In this document: piece by piece, positions 35,567 through 40,321 of the stretch
How the letters are laid out: the number at the start of each line of letters is the position of its first letter
Position numbering within the stretch: the stretch's first letter is position 1
DNA from: Sphaeroforma arctica JP610
Taxonomy: Eukaryota
Assembly (NCBI RefSeq): GCF_001186125.1
Contig: NW_014039909.1
Span: 4,388 to 44,708, forward strand
DNA: 40,321 nt
Reading direction: 5' to 3'
Notes under the pieces: generated by a model
The model's database searches: none
What the model was told of the DNA's origin: nothing
Seen by the model: only the letters and a program-made list of their open reading frames with translations
Program-made: the position numbers and the translations under genes

Positions 35567-36457
35567 AATTTTCTGACTTGAAAACGTCAATCCAGACGAA
35601 GAGGGGTTTAAAATAGAAAAAAGAGGTCGCGAACAGGCTGGTTGGGCTTTGGACAAAGGTATATCATATTGTTTCTGCTTTGAAATTGCCGCCCACGGAA
35701 ACAATGATAACTTTTTCGACATATACAACAAACAACGGGCGCTGTCTCGCCGTCCGACTTCAGTTTCCCCAGATCAGATCAATGTAGGGACAATCCGGAT
35801 GATAGCAATTGTAGCTACTATTATTCGCTTGCCATATGAGTTTCGAGAAAGTGACGTTCATCGAGACATACATGGAGGTTTTCATCACCAAAATTTGCAA
35901 TATCTTTGTGCGGGAATGTTTCGGAAAGCTGAATCACGCGATTGTGGTTTAGAGTATATTGTACCTCATCATCGCGAGATATCGAATAGAAGTAGTATTC
36001 ATCCACGTTCGTTGTGTCCTAACAACTATGGTTACATATAGCGTTATTGTTGCACATCACAAAACTGTATATATTCATGAAGTACACATACACATGCAAA
36101 TGCAAACTATGTGCCTCCACAATCAAAAGTGCTGCATGTACAGCAAGTGAAATGTATATACCATTTTTCAATGCTACTGACTACTTGTTGATATCAGCAA
36201 GCTGTACGCATACCAAAACAGGGTTGTATAAGCGAATGTAGGTTTTCCTGACATATAGGCATACATAACCAGTCTGTACAGTATATCAAACAGAAAAACA
36301 AAGAACCACAGAACTCGAATCCCCCTAGAATCCCACGTCTGGGGCGTTCTCCGATATTTTAACCATAACTATAATCGTTTTAACAGCGTCTGCATTGAGG
36401 CGCGCGGTTCCGAGCCTTCCTCGATTGACTGTGGTGATGGGCAACATTTGTGTGCTA

Positions 36458-39403
36458 TCATCGCTGCATCCATTTCTCAAACTCCTTCGCGTCAATCACA
36501 ACCAATCCATTGACATATGTCACCGCTGTCAGAGGAGGTGACATGTTGCTCATCTCTGCATGCACAGCACTGAACATTGCCTGCGTGCCTGCAACTATCT
36601 TTGGACAGACAATATTTCGTTGGGTCTTGCTAGGATTTTCCTTCTGCTGCTTTGCCAGGTTTTGAGATAGCCGCCTTATTGCCGCCTGTGCCGTGTACGG
36701 GCTATGCAGGCTAAGGTCGAGTGTCCCTGTCCTGTGGAAACCGGCCCACACATTTCTCACAGCATCTAAATCGCCAGTCATTTGCTCGTATAGCTCATCA
36801 ATTCGATCGATAGCTCCGCCTATCTCCACCAGAGACGCTACAACATTTCTATAGGTTCCCGCATTCCACCTAATACCCTTCTGACGCATACGATCCGCAA
36901 TACTCACGGCAACGTTCCATTCCCCCTTCCACGTACATACCCCAATGACACTATTATACAACGTGTCTTGGGGTTGTTCGTCTGTTGCCTCCACGAGCTC
37001 TAACATCGCCACAGCGTCTTTGCACCGCTTGGCCTTACAGCATGCATTCACTATTGCAAGGCCTGTATGTGCTGTAGGTGTGAAGCCCTTGGCCCGCATA
37101 TCATGCATCAAGCGCACCGCTTTATCCATATTGCCTACCATGCTACACGCAGTGATGCCTAGGTTATACGTCTCGGCATCGCCGACTTTCGTAAGTGATT
37201 TGCCACGCAGAATGTTCACAGATGTTTGGAACATAGCGCTGGCGTTGTGCACATTCATAACTGCGTTGTAGGCCGCAGGACCCGGTCGTTTCCCGTCATT
37301 CGAAAACATCATCTGGAACACTTTCAGAGCCGTATCGTGCTGCCGGTTCTTTTCACATGAACGTATGGCTGCTACGTAGGTAGAATAAGAGACCTTGACC
37401 TTCTCTTCGCTCATTTTACTCAGCAATCCAATGGCCATATCGGCCTCACCATACGTTGCACATAATGTCATCAGAGACTTGTAGATGGCTTTGCTGCGTG
37501 TCACCTTATCCTTACTCATGTCGTTATACAGATTCATAGCTATGTTGTACTCCCCAATCTTGGCACATACGTCAATGGCAATGCTGTATGTCATTGTGTC
37601 TGGGTTCACACCCCTCTGTCTCATCTCCTCCATGAGCTGCTGTACAGATGACAACCGATCAGTGTTGGCATACGCTGTGAGGAACGCATTATACGTTGCG
37701 ACAGACGGGACGATATCATTCGCTCGCATCTCCTCCAACAGCCCATGCGCACGGTCCCATTGCTGGTTCTGGCCGTAGGCACCTATAGCCGTGTTGTAGA
37801 CCAATTCATCGGGTGTGATACCCTCCAGCCGCATCTCACGCATGAGATGAATGGCCACCTGCCCCAGGCCCGCTCGTACGTACACATGCATCAGACTCGC
37901 ATACACAACCGTGTTCTTGCGGATATTATGCTTGTCCATGTCAATAAACATCTCAAACGCGCCATCTATATCCCCTGCCGCTCCCAGAGCAGCGACAACG
38001 GGTGCGTAGTGGTAGGCGAATACCGGGTGCTGCCGGGTTTGCAGCAATCTCAGCACCTGCACAGCCTTCTGCGGCTGATGTACGTCCTTGTAGATAGCTA
38101 TCGCGTGCGTGGCATCGGCTGATACCAGTGCTTGGCGTGACATCAGGGCGTCTACCTTACTCTCCGCATCCCTCAAATACCCCGAGTTCTTAGCCTTCCT
38201 CATGCGGTGGACTTCAGTTGCCAGGTTTTTGAGCATGTACTTATCCTCTTTGGGTCTGTCTCCTCCTACAGTCTGGTTCTGCGTGGTCATAGCTCCTCTA
38301 TTTGCCAGGGTTGTTTCCCAGGGTGTGTGCAATAGTTTCTCAGGTGTGCCTGCTAGTTCGCCAGGTGCGCTGCCCACAGTGGCGTTGCTTGTATCTGTAT
38401 GTAAACTAGTGGTAGTGTCTGTTTCTACGCCACCAGGTCTGTCAGATTTAGTCTGTCCATAGACTTGACCCTCTTCAATACTCTCGGCCCTGAGAGACTC
38501 GCCTTGTGCCAGCACTCTACCATTACCAACATCTTCCTGTAGAGCAGCACCATCTACCTCATACTGTGTGTGTGTGGCAATAGCATGGATGTTTGTATGC
38601 GTGTCTGTAGGTTTATCTGTAGGCGTGTCCGAGTGTGTATGTGTTGTACGAGTCTCCTCCACACGCATACGCAGCCCGTATTTCTCGGCATCACTCGCCC
38701 AGTTCTTGACGCTCTCGTTCTTGGCTCGTTTCCCTTTGACCACCTGCCGTGCAAAATCCTGCACATATTCCTGTGCCCTGGTGATAACTGTACTGTGTAG
38801 AGGTTGATCTATCAATGAGGAGTAGTTTATACCCCTTATATCTCCCATGCCCGAGCCTTCCTTCGTCACCCCAACAGACGCCCCTCCGTGTTCTGCGGTA
38901 GGGCTGAGTCGCTCCAATGCACGCCTGGCTACAGACACACGAGTCGCCGAAGGGCTATGTATAATACTGTCTAAGTAGGCATCCACACTCCCCTTCAGCG
39001 GATATTGTGTGTGGCGCAGAGAGAAACGCTGATTACTACGCGCACGGAATTGTAGAGACGCGGTAGTCGATGTGCTTGCAGATGTGTGAGTCGTATCATG
39101 TTTGTGTGTGTGTGTTTCCGCTGAACATCTAGGATAGCTTGTGTGTAGACGACGACGTGTTTTTATTTGTGTGGTATTGATAGGTGTGCCTTGCGCGAGA
39201 CTCTTGTAGCCATGCAAATGGTCTGTACTGTGACACCCACATGGAGTTGTTATTGTGTGCGTGGTAGTGCTGTATTGCTTGCTTCGAGCGAGTAGCAACG
39301 GTGTCTTAGGAGTGTGGGGTTGAACCATATGCATCTGTGCACACACAGAATGCCACGTACACCTTTTGTGCACGGTGCGCACAATTAGACCTGCGTTCAA
39401 CAT
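36458..39403 (-). CDS. P-type pentatricopeptide repeat protein (about 13 PPR motifs) with a degenerate C-terminal SMR-like domain; likely organelle-targeted
   Basis: 981-aa intronless ORF with tandem 35-aa motifs (LVYNTAIGAYGQNQQWDRAHGLLEEMRANDIVPSV, ATYNAFLTAY..., MTYSIAIDVCAK...). The N-terminus is Arg/Ser/Thr/His-rich and acid-poor. C-terminus reads TLDLSLHSPYTAQAAIR...KIVAG...PPL...NGLVVID...W. Confidence 0.92.
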   Translation of the reverse strand: MLNAGLIVRTVHKRCTWHSVCAQMHMVQPHTPKTPLLLARSKQYSTTTHTITTPCGCHSTDHLHGYKSLAQGTPINTTQIKTRRRLHTSYPRCSAETHTHKHDTTHTSASTSTTASLQFRARSNQRFSLRHTQYPLKGSVDAYLDSIIHSPSATRVSVARRALERLSPTAEHGGASVGVTKEGSGMGDIRGINYSSLIDQPLHSTVITRAQEYVQDFARQVVKGKRAKNESVKNWASDAEKYGLRMRVEETRTTHTHSDTPTDKPTDTHTNIHAIATHTQYEVDGAALQEDVGNGRVLAQGESLRAESIEEGQVYGQTKSDRPGGVETDTTTSLHTDTSNATVGSAPGELAGTPEKLLHTPWETTLANRGAMTTQNQTVGGDRPKEDKYMLKNLATEVHRMRKAKNSGYLRDAESKVDALMSRQALVSADATHAIAIYKDVHQPQKAVQVLRLLQTRQHPVFAYHYAPVVAALGAAGDIDGAFEMFIDMDKHNIRKNTVVYASLMHVYVRAGLGQVAIHLMREMRLEGITPDELVYNTAIGAYGQNQQWDRAHGLLEEMRANDIVPSVATYNAFLTAYANTDRLSSVQQLMEEMRQRGVNPDTMTYSIAIDVCAKIGEYNIAMNLYNDMSKDKVTRSKAIYKSLMTLCATYGEADMAIGLLSKMSEEKVKVSYSTYVAAIRSCEKNRQHDTALKVFQMMFSNDGKRPGPAAYNAVMNVHNASAMFQTSVNILRGKSLTKVGDAETYNLGITACSMVGNMDKAVRLMHDMRAKGFTPTAHTGLAIVNACCKAKRCKDAVAMLELVEATDEQPQDTLYNSVIGVCTWKGEWNVAVSIADRMRQKGIRWNAGTYRNVVASLVEIGGAIDRIDELYEQMTGDLDAVRNVWAGFHRTGTLDLSLHSPYTAQAAIRRLSQNLAKQQKENPSKTQRNIVCPKIVAGTQAMFSAVHAEMSNMSPPLTAVTYVNGLVVIDAKEFEKWMQR

Positions 39404-39584
39404 AATCCTGATACTGAAATAATTTGGGGAGTGGTGGTTGTAAGTGTAGTATTCTTTATTTGTACGATGATGCTATGCCATGAAGTACTTGAGTACGATG
39501 GATAGCGTAAACCCGTGTTAGTGTCTTTTGTGAGTGTTCGACAGATTGCTCAATCCAAGCGCACCACTACGACAATTTGCGCTT

Positions 39585-39905
39585 GAAGGAACTAAACGAT
39601 TGCCTAGTCCTTGTATACATGGGCCGGCTATTGCATTGGTGTGTGCATATACTACTATTCTTGTGTACTATGTGAGTGTTTATCATTGAACTGAACAGTT
39701 GCCTAGTGCTTGTATGCTTGGACCGGCTATTGCATTGGTCTGTGCATATACTACTATTCTTGTGTACTATGTGAGTGTTTGTCATTGAACTGAACAGTTG
39801 CCTAGTGCTTGTATGCTTGGACCGGCTATTGCATTGGTGTGTGCATATACTATTATTCTTGTGTACTGTGTGTGTGTTTATGATTGAACTGAATAATTGC
39901 CAAAG
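39585..39905. repeat. 99-bp tandem repeat, about 3 copies
   Basis: ATTGAACTGAACAGTTGCCTAGTGCTTGTATGCTTGGACCGGCTATTGCATTGG... at 39685 and 39784 with flanking partial copies. Confidence 0.9.
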
Positions 39906-40321
39906 TGCTTAGATACATGAGTCGGCTGTTGGGTTCATATGTGCGTGCACAACTATCCTTGAGTCTTATTGTAGTGTGTGTGAACACAGTAGTATACTGG
40001 CACTATAGTTCTCATAGATATATTTATTTATATTTATATATGCTCACGGATAGGTTAGTCGCTGTTCGTTCATCTCATTGGCTATTGCAAACGCATTCGC
40101 TCAGTCCCAGTGTGAGTCGCGTGGGAGTCTGCGTCTCTGTGACACGTAAGTCACGTAGGCCTTGGTTGACTCGTAAAATTTGGCGGGTTCTTGGTTCAAT
40201 TTGGTGGGACTGTACGGCTGTACGTATTGATTTGAAGACATTGTATGGTTCTTGAGTTTTTATAGTATAAATTTATATAAATATATATATATAGATAGAT
40301 AGATATATACATATATATATA

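Noticed and set aside
36945..38807. Several + strand ORFs
   Set aside because: Antisense shadows of the PPR coding sequence.
39905..40255. 116-aa + strand ORF
   Set aside because: Non-ATG start, low-complexity composition, no motif; more likely the PPR upstream region.

Overview
Eukaryotic, intron-rich genomic DNA (GT-AG introns, many (TA)n/(CA)n tracts, minisatellites and scattered TTTAGGG motifs). The style suggests a unicellular protist such as an ichthyosporean, but the taxon cannot be proven from this window. Contents, left to right: (1) the last exons of a + strand gene ending in a C-terminal transmembrane helix (weak VASt/LAM-Aster resemblance); (2) a 5.4 kb convergent intergenic region with a possible degenerate gypsy-gag relic, a 24/31-bp minisatellite and a TIR-bounded MITE-like element; (3) a complete DNA topoisomerase II gene on the - strand (31864->6193) that I assembled by hand into 32 phase-consistent exons (4395 nt, 1464 aa); (4) an intronless, 5'-truncated sugar-porter MFS fragment bracketed by a ~153-bp, ~96% identical inverted repeat whose inner edge is exactly the truncation point; (5) an intronless 981-aa P-type PPR protein with a degenerate C-terminal SMR-like domain. 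The most unusual signals are repeated intronic 'echoes' of TOP2 exon ends that keep their splice sites, the fold-back capture of the transporter fragment, pervasive short telomere-like insertions, and the PPR-SMR architecture. No CRISPR array, rRNA or tRNA was recognised.
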